A stretch of DNA of 64,000 bases from Candidatus Cloacimonadales bacterium (GCA_963663475.2 CAXXJV010000001.1:2816001-2880000); one strand, 5' to 3'. Counted from the stretch's first letter, positions 19,625 to 29,921 are shown. The notes: a model not told the origin generated them from the letters alone. Made by a program: numbers and translations.

Positions 19625-19765
19625 ATGTTTTTAGCTTTTATGAGATGGAAACAAAGACTCTTTTTTGCAGTAACAGAATTGTTTATCTCAAAAAAGAAGA
19701 ACTGTGAAATTTACTACGACGAAGATTTACAGCGATATCGGGAAGAACAGCATATCTGGTATTAA
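19625..19765 (+). CDS. Small protein, 46 aa (MFLAFMRWKQRLFFAVTELFISKKKNCEIYYDEDLQRYREEQHIWY), absent from the ORF track
   Basis: AAAGGAG SD 5 nt before the ATG, upstream promoter, intact frame to TAA. Confidence 0.6.
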   Translation: MFLAFMRWKQRLFFAVTELFISKKKNCEIYYDEDLQRYREEQHIWY

Positions 19766-19788
19766 ACTTAATACTAATGTAGCTATAA

Positions 19789-19950
19789 GCCCAATAGTGC
19801 AATAATGCTTTGCGAATAGCTGATTGACTTTTGTAAAGGTAAGTTCCATAATTTTCAGAAATATATATTTTTATATGACTTAATTTTATGTAACATGTTT
19901 TACTAAAAGAAGATTAGGCTATATATCAAAGTACTACTACATCATTTAGT
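19789..19950 (-). mobile_element. Family A element, full length (162 bp), diverged, reverse orientation
   Basis: Aligns to the reverse complement of 50-211; TATAA duplicated at 19784-88 and 19951-55. Confidence 0.8.
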
Positions 19951-19990
19951 TATAACATAGTCAACTATTTATTAAAGGTAAGGAGAAAAA

Positions 19991-20698
19991 ATGAAGATTG
20001 CAGATTTAAAGATTAACAGAATATTAGATTTAGCAACCGGAGTGGGTCAGTTTATACCCTACTTATTAAATGAAAACAAGAGTATTACCCAAGTGATTGG
20101 TCTTGATATTTGTGAAAGATCAATAGCTCAAGCAGAAAAGAACTTTCAAGATGAGAGCAAGGTTTCGTTTATGAAAGTGGATGCAGAATCTTTACCTTTT
20201 GCTAATGATTCTTTTGATGCAATCTCTATTAATAATTCATTGCATCATTTCGAAAAGATTGGGCAAGTATTAGCCGAAGCAAGAAGAGTCTTATCTCCTG
20301 CTGGCTATCTTATTGTTAATGAAATGACTAGTGATTCTGAACAAAGCCAAGCTCAACAAAGTCATATATTAATCCACCATTGGTTTGCCGAGATTGATAG
20401 ACAAATGGGGCGTTTTCATGATGAGACTTACACAAGTAAAAAACTTAGGGAATTAGTTAAATCTAATGGTTTTGAGATTATTGAAGAGGAAATCTATAAT
20501 CAGGAAATAGCTAATCCTAAAGATGAGAAATTTATTGAAAATTATACTAGGATTATTAGTCAGACTAAAGAAAGGCTGGTTACTAAACTTCCTGACATTC
20601 TGGTAAGTAAAGCAGAAGACATAATTAAACACTTGCAAAACTATGGTTATTCACCAGCCAAAGCCATAATGATGATTGCAAAAAAAAATGAGGAATAA
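19991..20698 (+). CDS. Class I SAM-dependent methyltransferase
   Basis: ILDLATGVG, DAESLPF...SFD, L.EARRVL.P.G. Confidence 0.9.
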   Translation: MKIADLKINRILDLATGVGQFIPYLLNENKSITQVIGLDICERSIAQAEKNFQDESKVSFMKVDAESLPFANDSFDAISINNSLHHFEKIGQVLAEARRVLSPAGYLIVNEMTSDSEQSQAQQSHILIHHWFAEIDRQMGRFHDETYTSKKLRELVKSNGFEIIEEEIYNQEIANPKDEKFIENYTRIISQTKERLVTKLPDILVSKAEDIIKHLQNYGYSPAKAIMMIAKKNEE

Positions 20699-21942
20699 TG
20701 AATTTACATATAAAAAATATCAAGCAGGATAATTACCAAGACACCTATAGAATACTGGGAAACTCATATCCTGATATGAAAATATCCCAAGATAAAGCTT
20801 TTGAATGGTTTGATAAGATTAATGATGATGGTGGAAGCAGAAACTTTTGGGGAGGATTTTATAAAGATAAGCAAGTAAGTGTCTTTGTAACTAATAATTT
20901 TACCATGAATTTTAGAGGACACATGATTCCTGCTGGTGGAATAGGAATGGTTGCAGTTGATTTGCTTTATAAAAAAGAAAGAGTCTGTAAGCAAATGATT
21001 GAATTTTACCAAAACTATTATGAAGATAAAAATACCAATATGTTGGTTTTATATCCCTTCCGACCCGACTTTTATAATAAAATGGGCTTTGGTATGGGTT
21101 CGAGCCTACATACCTATTCTATTGAGCCAAAGTATTTTCCTAAATTTGAAAAATCTAAGAAACTTGAATATGGCAATATTGATGATTTAACTGAGATAAC
21201 AAACTTTTTCAACCAGCAGGTTACCAGAGAACACGGAGCTATGTTAAGAGAAGAACGAGAGTTTGAAGCCTGGTTAAAATCACCTCAAATAAGATGTTTA
21301 CTTTACAAGGATGAGGGGGTTATTCAAGGCTATATGTTCTTTGGATTTGTAGAAAGACCAGCTCAGGATAAAGGGTCTTTTGACCTTAAAATAAAGGAGA
21401 TGCAGTTTGAAAGTGTTGATGTTTGGAGACAGTTTTCTACTTTTCTAAACTCGCAAATGGACCAAGTTAAACGTATTCAATATATGACATATGACCCTGA
21501 TTTTTATCACTACTTTGCTAATTCAGTAAATGAGTCTAAAGAATACTATCATCTTATTCACCAGAACTTTAGCTTTGAAAAAACTGGGCTCATGTATAAA
21601 ATTGCTAATCCAGTAGATTTTATGGAAAATCTAAATCCAAAAACTTTTGAAACACAAAATTTAAAGGTGAGATTTATTATTGAAAATGAGTTATCTCAAA
21701 AAAATAAAAAATTTATATTGACGTATAACTTCGCAATAGGCAAAATTGTCAATAATGATAGTAATGTTGATTTAACACTTACAATGAACTTGGCTAGATT
21801 TTCATCTATTCTTATGGGTTCATTGTCGTTTTCTTCAGCAGCCAAGCATGGATTAGTTGAAATTGATAATAAAAATTACATTGACTGCGTTGATAAGTTG
21901 TTTAGGACAAAGAATATGCCAACTGGCTATAATGAATTTTAG
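20698..21942 (+). CDS. Eis-like GNAT acetyltransferase with C-terminal SCP2-like domain
   Basis: GGIGMVAV, LYPFRPDFY.KMGF, 414 aa, ends in ...NEF. Confidence 0.85.
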   Translation: MNLHIKNIKQDNYQDTYRILGNSYPDMKISQDKAFEWFDKINDDGGSRNFWGGFYKDKQVSVFVTNNFTMNFRGHMIPAGGIGMVAVDLLYKKERVCKQMIEFYQNYYEDKNTNMLVLYPFRPDFYNKMGFGMGSSLHTYSIEPKYFPKFEKSKKLEYGNIDDLTEITNFFNQQVTREHGAMLREEREFEAWLKSPQIRCLLYKDEGVIQGYMFFGFVERPAQDKGSFDLKIKEMQFESVDVWRQFSTFLNSQMDQVKRIQYMTYDPDFYHYFANSVNESKEYYHLIHQNFSFEKTGLMYKIANPVDFMENLNPKTFETQNLKVRFIIENELSQKNKKFILTYNFAIGKIVNNDSNVDLTLTMNLARFSSILMGSLSFSSAAKHGLVEIDNKNYIDCVDKLFRTKNMPTGYNEF

Positions 21943-21980
21943 AGAACTTATCCTCCTCTCATATATCTAAATCACATCCA

Positions 21981-22010
21981 AGAAAGCCGGAGAAATTCGG
22001 CTTTTCTTTT
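21981..22010 (+). terminator. Intrinsic terminator
   Basis: AAAGCCGG/TCGGCTTT stem followed by TCTTTT. Confidence 0.7.
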
Positions 22011-22029
22011 ATTCTTAAGGGAATATCTA

Positions 22030-22938
22030 ATGAAAATTCAGAATATTATTGAAGAGTACTTGCAATATCTAAAAGCTTTAGGAAAAAGTGAAAATACGCT
22101 TGCTGCCTATCGAAGAGATTTAAATCAGTTTAGGGACTTTCTCTTTAGCAAATACGATAAAGATTTATTAATTAGTCATATTGATAGATATATTATTAGA
22201 GATTTTATGGGTTATCTCTATGAAGAAATGTCTAACACTAACAGATCTATTTCCCGAAAATTAACTGCTCTCAAAGGAATCTTTAAGTACTGTCTTACCC
22301 ATAACTATATTGATAAAAATCCTACTCTCACCATGAAAAATCCTAAGTATGAGAAGAAAATACCCCAATACTTTTCTGAAGAGGATATGGATTTTCTCTT
22401 ATCACTACCTAACCTCTCTTCTAAGTTCGGAGTAAGAAATCTGGCCTTACTGGAGCTGTTTTATTCTTCAGGACTAAGAATATCTGAAATGATTATTCTA
22501 ACTTTAAGGAGTATTGATTTTAATAAACAAATTGTAAAGGTCCTAGGTAAGGGTAATAAAAGTCGCTTAGTCCCCATAGGGAGTAAAGCTCTTCAAGCTA
22601 TTAATAACTATCTAGCTATCCGCCATTCATTTGTTTCAGAGTTCAGTGGTGATATTCTCTTTTTATCCAAATCTGGAAGACCATTATCCCGCAAAGAGCT
22701 AGCAACTATCTTAAATCAATACCTCAAACTTGTTGGTCAGAAAAAAGGTTATTCTCCTCATACCTTAAGACATACATTTGCTACCCATATGCTTAGTCAT
22801 GGAGCTGATTTAAGAGCTATCCAAGAGATGTTAGGACATGCCAATCTCTCCACAACAGAAATTTATACTCATGTGTCACTAAGAGATTTGACTAAGGCTG
22901 TTAATGATTTGCATCCTAGAAGTAAGAAGAAAGATTGA
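22030..22938 (+). CDS. xerC: Tyrosine recombinase XerC/XerD
   Basis: SGLRISE, GKGNKSR, PHTLRHTFATH, DLRAIQEMLGHANLSTTEIYTHV. Confidence 0.85.
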   Translation: MKIQNIIEEYLQYLKALGKSENTLAAYRRDLNQFRDFLFSKYDKDLLISHIDRYIIRDFMGYLYEEMSNTNRSISRKLTALKGIFKYCLTHNYIDKNPTLTMKNPKYEKKIPQYFSEEDMDFLLSLPNLSSKFGVRNLALLELFYSSGLRISEMIILTLRSIDFNKQIVKVLGKGNKSRLVPIGSKALQAINNYLAIRHSFVSEFSGDILFLSKSGRPLSRKELATILNQYLKLVGQKKGYSPHTLRHTFATHMLSHGADLRAIQEMLGHANLSTTEIYTHVSLRDLTKAVNDLHPRSKKKD

Positions 22939-23281
22939 TTAAGCTCTCGTACATCATCCACGATACACTATTTGGACGAACAGCATCCATAATTAATAAG
23001 GAATATCCTGGCATTTTGTTCTTGAGAATTTGTTGTGCTTTTGAAAGTTTTAAAGCCACTTCTTCGTGTAAATATGCTTTATTTAGTCCATCATAAAAGT
23101 TCATTCTAAAAAAGTTTTTCGAGCTATTAGAATTCACTAAATCTACCAGGATTGAAGGATCAATGGTATTAACATCAACAAGTCCAGCATCAATAAATTT
23201 CTGTTCAGAAACAATTTCACTTACTGACTGATTAGATCCTGACTCTATAATTTTAACTAGTGTATTAACAACTCTTTTCAT
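22916..23281 (-). pseudogene. Truncated D-Ala-D-Ala dipeptidase (VanX/DdpX, M15D), N-terminal half only
   Basis: GLVDV...I.VDL....NFF...Y.....YL....A.KL..AQ..L...GY.L.I.DA.RP; stops before the SxHxxGxAxD and EWWH motifs. Confidence 0.75.
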
Positions 23282-23300
23282 ATTGACTCGACTTTCTTTA

Positions 23301-23609
23301 TTAATTCTTCAATTTATCTTCTACAGACTTAACCTTACCCTTTATTCTATCTTGTTTAGAAGCTCTGAAATCTATTTTAATAGTAATTCCCAATCTCTCA
23401 TAATCAGGAGCAAATTTATAGAAAATATCTCTTACTAAGTCCATGACATCATCGTACTTTCCTTCCAGAACAGAGCCCATGGGAGTTAGAAGATGATCTA
23501 CTTTAGTATTTTGATTAATGAAATCGATAACTTGAGCTACGAAGGGAGAAAGACTAGGTCCTATATCGTAAGTTACAACAACTAGTTCGCAGATAATATT
23601 TGTATTCAT
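23301..23609 (-). CDS. MTH1187/YkoF-like thiamine-binding family protein
   Basis: SLS.FVA.VI, LTPMGSVLEG..D.V, R....IKID.R, K..SV. Confidence 0.85.
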   Translation of the reverse strand: MNTNIICELVVVTYDIGPSLSPFVAQVIDFINQNTKVDHLLTPMGSVLEGKYDDVMDLVRDIFYKFAPDYERLGITIKIDFRASKQDRIKGKVKSVEDKLKN

Positions 23610-23638
23610 ATTAACCTCTTCTTGATAAGTAAATTAGA

Positions 23639-23670
23639 CCTATATCCAACTCTATCGAGAAGGATATAGG
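23639..23670. terminator. Intergenic hairpin downstream of the oxidoreductase pair
   Basis: CCTATATCC/GGATATAGG 9-bp stem. Confidence 0.45.
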
Positions 23671-23694
23671 CTTATGTTTATTTCTTAAAATGCT

Positions 23695-24849
23695 TTATTT
23701 AAAGGCTTCCATACCAGAGAATTCCCGGTAGAGATCAAAAGACTTTAATTGCTTTTCATCATCAGCAGTAATTTCATTCAATACTATTTTAGTAAGAAGT
23801 TCACCTAAACCAGGACCTAACATAAAGCCTTGACCACACATACCAACTGCGTTGATAAAGTTTGGATATTCTTTAGTTCTTCCTACAATAGGGAAACCAT
23901 CAGGAGTCATTGGGTATTGACCTCTCCAAGTTCTTCTTAGCTTAAGATATTTCAAACGTGGGTAAATATCTAACATTCTTTTAGTAACTAGAGGGAGAAA
24001 TTCTGAAGTTGAAAGATTATCAACACCTACAATTGGTGGGTCTGGAGTTATACAAAAGACAACTTGACCTTCATGATTTTGGTAGAAATAATAGTTTGCA
24101 GAACCTGGAGCTTTTCTCATATCAATAACCATTGGCTCAAAGAATCTTTTGACAGGTTCGGTAATACCTGCTTCGTGATTGTCAGGAAATACAGGTAAAT
24201 CAAGTCCTAGTTTCTTACCTATTGCCCTTGCATTATTTCCTGAGGCATTTATTACATCCTGGCAAGAATATTTCCCTTTATTAGTAAGGACTGCTATTAT
24301 TCTTCCATTTTCAACTTGGAAGTCTTCCACCTCTTCATTAAAATGAAATTCAGCACCTAGCTCACTAGCTCTTTTGTGGAAGGCAGACATAGCCATCAAA
24401 GGGGAGCATGAGCCATCTTCAGGAGAGAAAGTTGAACCTCTGAGACCTTCCATTTTAATTCCAGGAACTAACTTGTTATATTGATCAGGCGGAACCCACA
24501 TGATATTGAGTCCCATTGACTGTAGAGACCTAACCATGGTTTGTAAGGTTTCGGAATCCTTATCATTCCAAGCTGGATATGAGTAACCATTTGATCTCCA
24601 ACCGATATCGTAGTTATGTTTTTCTTTCCAGCTTGAGAAGATTTCAATAGACCTTTTACATACTGATAACTTACCATAATCAGAATGAGTAGCTCTAACT
24701 CCACCTATAGCCTTTTTATTGTTTGATTGTCCTGGTCCAGATAACTCATCTAAGACAAGAACTTTTTTACCTTTTTCACAGAGAGAAACAGCAGTTGGAA
24801 CACCAACAGAACCAGCTCCAATAATTATTACATCATAATTTTTATCCAT
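23695..24849 (-). CDS. FAD-dependent amine oxidoreductase (sarcosine oxidase beta / dye-linked proline dehydrogenase beta-like)
   Basis: GAGSVG FAD motif, TPDGFPIVG, G.CGQGFMLGPG.G. Confidence 0.85.
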   Translation of the reverse strand: MDKNYDVIIIGAGSVGVPTAVSLCEKGKKVLVLDELSGPGQSNNKKAIGGVRATHSDYGKLSVCKRSIEIFSSWKEKHNYDIGWRSNGYSYPAWNDKDSETLQTMVRSLQSMGLNIMWVPPDQYNKLVPGIKMEGLRGSTFSPEDGSCSPLMAMSAFHKRASELGAEFHFNEEVEDFQVENGRIIAVLTNKGKYSCQDVINASGNNARAIGKKLGLDLPVFPDNHEAGITEPVKRFFEPMVIDMRKAPGSANYYFYQNHEGQVVFCITPDPPIVGVDNLSTSEFLPLVTKRMLDIYPRLKYLKLRRTWRGQYPMTPDGFPIVGRTKEYPNFINAVGMCGQGFMLGPGLGELLTKIVLNEITADDEKQLKSFDLYREFSGMEAFK

Positions 24850-24850
24850 C

Positions 24851-26926
24851 TTATTCCTCCCTCTTCCCACCGGCAAAGACACTTAACTGAGCTTCAATGA
24901 AGACAGGTCTTTTAGTATTTGGAACCACATGATCAGCTGGTACACCTTCCTGTCTCATAACTTGTTTAATAAGGACATCACAAGTTTTAGCTCCACAAGG
25001 TCCCATACCAGCTCTAGTAATAGCCTTTATTTGATTTATATCATAGATACCTTGTTTAATTAATTCTCTTACATCTTTAACCTTAACCCTTTCACACAAA
25101 CATACCATTCCATCATCTTCCATATTAGGAACAATGGCCTTATCTAAAGGAGCAGAGATTGCTTCTTCTTGAATTCTAAAAGATGCTACTTGCTTAGCTA
25201 CTTGTCTATCTACTTCAATTTTTACAGTTTGTGTTTTTTGTTTAGGGAACATTTGCACACTAATCACAGGGTAATGACCTAGGGTTAGTCCGTCAATATT
25301 ATTAACTTCTACAATATCGCCCTCTTTAATCATAAAGTTACCAACTTCATAAGGAAGAGTAATTAGAGGATGGTCTTTATCTTTTCGATAATCAACTAAA
25401 GTTATTGCTAAACCAGGGCAGATAGTAACACATTTGCCACAACCAATACAATTTTCTGTATAGTAAGGAGTTCCCATTAAACCACCATCATCTATTTTTA
25501 TGGCATTTACAGGACAAACAGTAGTACAAGGATTACAAGGAATTTCTTGTAAGCAGTGAATAATAGGCATGACACCTTCCTCACTATCACTATAATTATA
25601 GCCTTTAATTTCACCTGGATGAGATTTAAGTAGTTCGGCCTTATCATACCATTCTTGAGGAACATCAGCTACATCAGCCCCCATCTCTTTGCAAATCTTT
25701 AGACCAACAATCTTACCATTGAACATAGCAGAAGAAGCTTCAGCTATTTCAAAAGCATCACCAGCTGCCATAACAGGAAGTCCTGCTTGTACTGCTTCTT
25801 GAGTAAATTCATCAAGAGAATCTAAGCCCACTGCCATTAAAATTGTATCACAGGCAAATGATTTTTCAGTTCCAGGAATCTGTTGAAATTTTTCATCAAC
25901 TTCTACAATAGTAATACCTTCAACAGTTTCACTACCATTAGCACTTAAGATACTATGTGAAGTATAGATAGGAACACCTAATCTAGTTAATTTATCTGCA
26001 TGAACCTTATAGCCTCCACAACGTGCTGCAGCCTCTACCAGACCTACAACATTAATACCAGCCTGTAGGGCATGATAGCCAGCTATTAAACCAACATTTC
26101 CACCACCAACAATAAATAATCGTTCAGTTGGTTTAACTAAATCTCTATTTACTAGGGTTTGGAAGGCTCCAGCACCATAGATACCAGCTAGAGTATTTCC
26201 GTTGAATCTTAAGAACTTTTCTCTAGCTCCTGCTGCATTTAAAATGAGTTTAGGAGTTACGATTTTGTATTCATCTTTTTTAAGTACACCAACTTTTTTA
26301 TCACTGAAAACAAACAAGACTGTACTTTCTGTCCATATTTCGATAGACTCATATTGAGAAACTTCTTGAGCAAGAATCTTTCCAATATCATTACCTCTAG
26401 TTCCAGCTCTTGAATCAGCTTGCGAACCAAAGAACTTATGTGTTTGAAGTACTAGTTTACCTCCTAGTTCTTCTTTATCGTCAATCAAAAGTGCTTTAAT
26501 ATTTCTTTTCCCCATTTCGATAGCAGCTGATAGACCTGCTGGTCCACCACCAATTATTAAAACTTCTGCTGGGATTTCTTCAATGTCAGACATTTGGATA
26601 GGCTTAGTATCATTAGGTAAATCTGGTAAGCCTTCTGCACTTTCAACAATCATATTCTCCTTAACAGGTGTCATACATGATTTAACAGGAATACCATTAG
26701 CAATGACAGTACATTTAGCACATTGTCCATTAGCACAAAATATTCCTTGGGCAGTATTATCTGCATGGTGATGTCCAAAGACGCGGATGCCGTTTGCCAT
26801 GAGAGCTGAAGCAATCATTTCTCCCCTACGAGCACTAAGTGGTTGTTTATTCCAATAAAAAGTAACAAAATCGTTAATTTCCGGCATATCAAGGACCGGA
26901 TGGTTTCTGATGCGTTGTTCAACCAT
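24851..26926 (-). CDS. Multidomain flavo-Fe-S subunit (2Fe-2S, FAD/NAD oxidoreductase, 2x4Fe-4S, BFD-like), sarcosine oxidase / proline dehydrogenase alpha-like
   Basis: GIFCANGQCAKC..C; GGGPAGL; CNPCTTVCP and CIGCGKCVTICP; CLCE...GMGPCGAKTC. Confidence 0.85.
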   Translation of the reverse strand: MVEQRIRNHPVLDMPEINDFVTFYWNKQPLSARRGEMIASALMANGIRVFGHHHADNTAQGIFCANGQCAKCTVIANGIPVKSCMTPVKENMIVESAEGLPDLPNDTKPIQMSDIEEIPAEVLIIGGGPAGLSAAIEMGKRNIKALLIDDKEELGGKLVLQTHKFFGSQADSRAGTRGNDIGKILAQEVSQYESIEIWTESTVLFVFSDKKVGVLKKDEYKIVTPKLILNAAGAREKFLRFNGNTLAGIYGAGAFQTLVNRDLVKPTERLFIVGGGNVGLIAGYHALQAGINVVGLVEAAARCGGYKVHADKLTRLGVPIYTSHSILSANGSETVEGITIVEVDEKFQQIPGTEKSFACDTILMAVGLDSLDEFTQEAVQAGLPVMAAGDAFEIAEASSAMFNGKIVGLKICKEMGADVADVPQEWYDKAELLKSHPGEIKGYNYSDSEEGVMPIIHCLQEIPCNPCTTVCPVNAIKIDDGGLMGTPYYTENCIGCGKCVTICPGLAITLVDYRKDKDHPLITLPYEVGNFMIKEGDIVEVNNIDGLTLGHYPVISVQMFPKQKTQTVKIEVDRQVAKQVASFRIQEEAISAPLDKAIVPNMEDDGMVCLCERVKVKDVRELIKQGIYDINQIKAITRAGMGPCGAKTCDVLIKQVMRQEGVPADHVVPNTKRPVFIEAQLSVFAGGKREE

Positions 26927-27019
26927 AAATTTCTCCTAAAATTGGATTCTATAAAGCAAAAATTACTTCTTCTTATTAAAGTGTCAAGCGGAAAACATAA
27001 TTTACTGTCAGATATTTAA

Positions 27020-27180
27020 CTCAGGTAGTCTAGTAGAGCTTTAGTGAAGCGTGCAGATTATTCTAGCAAAATAGCTTACAGAATTTTTAAGCATATATTT
27101 TATATATTCGGAGAAATTATGGATCTTACTTTTGCTGAAGAATATAGTGTTATTCACAAAGGTCTACTGCATTAATGGGC
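27020..27180 (+). mobile_element. Family A element, full length (161 bp)
   Basis: Homologous throughout to 29935-30096; flanks TTTAA/TTTAG. Confidence 0.85.
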
Positions 27181-27298
27181 TTTAGTTTCAATAAAAAAAT
27201 TAGCTGACTTTCTATTTATTACTTGACCAAATTTTGCTAATATCATAACTTTATATTAAGAATATATAATGGAGCCAAAAAGAAATTAAGGAGGTACA

Positions 27299-29005
27299 GT
27301 GGTACAAAAATTTGAAGATAACTTAGTTCTTGTTCTTGCAGGACAAGCTGGCCAAGGTATTCAATCGATTGAGAGTATTTTAGCAAAACTCTTGAAAAGA
27401 AGTGGCTATAACTATTTTTCAACTTCAGAACTTATGTCAAGAGTCAGAGGTGGAATTAATTCTACTGAGATAAGAATCTCTTCTAGACCTGTTGCTGCTT
27501 TTCTTGACCGTATAGACATATTATTTCCTCTTCACAATGATGGAATAAACCACCTGCAAGCGAGAATAAGTCCAAATACTATTGTAATTGGAGAAAAAGA
27601 TAAAATAGATTATGAAGATATCATAGATGTAGAGTTTACTCAGATAGCCAAAGAAATTGGAAATGCTATTTATTCCAATAGTGTTGCTGCTGGTTTTATA
27701 TGTGGACTTTTAAAAGTAGATTTAGCTGCCTGTCAGGAGTTTATTCTAGATTACTTTTCAGATAAAAGTGGAGATATTCAGCAGAAAAATAAAGAAGCCA
27801 TTACTAGGGGTTATGAACTAGTTAAGAACTTTTCAAACATTGATATTGATATTGCGAAATCATCGCAGGTTAGCCAGCATCTACTTATGAATGGAGCTGA
27901 TGCAATATCTTATGGAGCCCTTGCGGGAGGATGTAATTTCATCTGTGGTTACCCTATGTCTCCAGCTACTGGTATATTGCAAAACATGGCATGTCATTCT
28001 CAGAAATTTGATATAATAGTTGAACAGGTCGAGGATGAGGTTGGTGTTATCAATATGGCTCTGGGTGCTTGGTATGCAGGAGCTAGGGCAATGACAACTA
28101 CTTCAGGTGGCGGAATGGCTCTAATGAGTGAAGGAATTTCATTATCTGGTATGGCAGAATCTCCTATGGTAATCCACTTAGCTCAAAGACCTGGACCTGC
28201 TACAGGCCTAGCAACACGTACTGAACAAGGCGATTTAAACCTAGCCTTATATTCTGGCCATGGAGATTTTCCTAGAATCATATTAGCTCCAGCATCTTTA
28301 GAAGATGCTTTTTATCTCACCCAAAATGCTTTTAATTTAGCCGACAAATATCAAGTCCCTGTCTTCATCTTAACAGATCAGTACTTCATGAATAGTAAAT
28401 ACAATACACCTGCTTTTGACTATGCTAGTCTTAAAATTGAAAAGCAGATAATTGAGACAAGCGAAGATTATCAAAGATATGCTTTTACTGAAAATGGTAT
28501 TTCGCCTAGAGGAATTCCTGGGTATGGACAAGGAAAAGTATGCTCAGCTTCGAATGAGCATGCCCAAAGTGGACATATTACAGAAGATGCTGAACTCAGA
28601 GTTAAGATGACTCAGAAAAGATTAAATAAACTAGAACTTATCAAGGAAGATATTGTAAAGCCTACATTAATCGGTCCTGATAAATACAAGTTTCTTATTG
28701 TAGCTTGGGGTTCAACCTTTAACATAATTAAAGAAGCTATTAATAATTTAGATAGAGATGATATTAGCCTCTTACACTTTTCTTGGATTTATCCACTAGC
28801 CGATAATCTAATTGATTATCTACAAACTGCTGATCAAATTATTGTTGTTGAAAACAATGCTACAGGTCATTTTGCACAGTTGATTCAACTTTCTACTGAT
28901 TTCAAAGTTAAGGACAAAATCTTGAAATATAATGGCAGATGCTTCTCTGTAGAAGAAGTTAGCAAAGAGATTAAGGCAATAATTAATGGAGGAAAACATG
29001 CCTAA
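27299..29005 (+). CDS. korA: 2-oxoacid:ferredoxin oxidoreductase alpha subunit (gamma-alpha fusion)
   Basis: AGQAGQGI, GYPMSPAT, QVEDE, TTSGGG..LM.E, QRPGPATG..TRTEQGD. Confidence 0.9.
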   Translation: MVQKFEDNLVLVLAGQAGQGIQSIESILAKLLKRSGYNYFSTSELMSRVRGGINSTEIRISSRPVAAFLDRIDILFPLHNDGINHLQARISPNTIVIGEKDKIDYEDIIDVEFTQIAKEIGNAIYSNSVAAGFICGLLKVDLAACQEFILDYFSDKSGDIQQKNKEAITRGYELVKNFSNIDIDIAKSSQVSQHLLMNGADAISYGALAGGCNFICGYPMSPATGILQNMACHSQKFDIIVEQVEDEVGVINMALGAWYAGARAMTTTSGGGMALMSEGISLSGMAESPMVIHLAQRPGPATGLATRTEQGDLNLALYSGHGDFPRIILAPASLEDAFYLTQNAFNLADKYQVPVFILTDQYFMNSKYNTPAFDYASLKIEKQIIETSEDYQRYAFTENGISPRGIPGYGQGKVCSASNEHAQSGHITEDAELRVKMTQKRLNKLELIKEDIVKPTLIGPDKYKFLIVAWGSTFNIIKEAINNLDRDDISLLHFSWIYPLADNLIDYLQTADQIIVVENNATGHFAQLIQLSTDFKVKDKILKYNGRCFSVEEVSKEIKAIINGGKHA

Positions 29006-29858
29006 TAAATTTGATTTTGATAAGAAGATTGATTTTTCTTGGTGTCCAGGTTGTGGTAATTTTTCCATCCGAAAAGAATTGCTAACTGTTCTTGAAGAAA
29101 TGAATATTGATAAAGATAAACTTGTCTTAGTCTCAGGAATTGGGCAAGCTGCTAAGATGCCTGAATTTGTGAATGCAAGTTTCTTTCATGGTTTACACGG
29201 ACGTGGCTTACCTCCTGCAACAGCAATTAAGGCTAGTAATCCAGACCTCACGGTTTTAGCCTTTGGAGGAGATGGTGATATGTATGGAGAAGGGGGAAAT
29301 CACCTACTTCATACAAGCAGAAAGAATCCAGATATCACCTTGTTTGTACATGATAACATGATATATGGGTTAACTAAGGGACAAGCCTCCCCTACTTCCA
29401 GCCTAGGTATGAAAACGCCTTTACAGGTCTTTGGGGTTGCAGACCAACCGCTTAACCCACTAGCCCTAGCAATTTCTCTTGATGTTTCTTTTGTGGCTAG
29501 AGCCTTTTCAGGACATTTCAAACAAACTCAAGAAATCATGAAACAAGCAATAGAGCATAGGGGTTTTGCTTTAGTTGATATTTTCCAACCATGTGTTTCT
29601 TTCAATAAGATAAACACTTACAAGTGGTTTGATGAAAACACCTATTATCTACCTGAGGATTTTGATAATTCTAATAGGGTTAAATCATTCGAAAAAGCTC
29701 TCGAAAGTGATCCTTATCCCTTAGGAGTTATTTATAAAAGTAAACATAGAAAAACTTTTGAAGAAAATCTTCAAGTATATAAATACAACAAATTACCCCT
29801 TTATAAAAATGAAATCAATATGAAAAAAGTAGAAGAAGAGATACTTACCAAAAGATAA
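28998..29858 (+). CDS. korB: 2-oxoacid:ferredoxin oxidoreductase beta subunit (TPP-binding)
   Basis: WCPGCGN, GLHGR, GGDGD..GEGGNH, YGLTKGQASPT, QPCVSFN. Confidence 0.9.
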   Translation: MPNKFDFDKKIDFSWCPGCGNFSIRKELLTVLEEMNIDKDKLVLVSGIGQAAKMPEFVNASFFHGLHGRGLPPATAIKASNPDLTVLAFGGDGDMYGEGGNHLLHTSRKNPDITLFVHDNMIYGLTKGQASPTSSLGMKTPLQVFGVADQPLNPLALAISLDVSFVARAFSGHFKQTQEIMKQAIEHRGFALVDIFQPCVSFNKINTYKWFDENTYYLPEDFDNSNRVKSFEKALESDPYPLGVIYKSKHRKTFEENLQVYKYNKLPLYKNEINMKKVEEEILTKR

Positions 29859-29921
29859 ATAATCAATAGATTAGGCTCAAGTTTAAGCCTAGTGGGATAA
29901 ATTTAGTATAATGAGAATTTT

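Noticed and set aside
22030-22938. Tyrosine recombinase as a phage or integron integrase, or as the mobiliser of family A
   Set aside because: Length and motifs fit chromosomal XerC/D and there is no IntI-specific insertion. Variable 5-bp duplications point to a DDE transposase instead.
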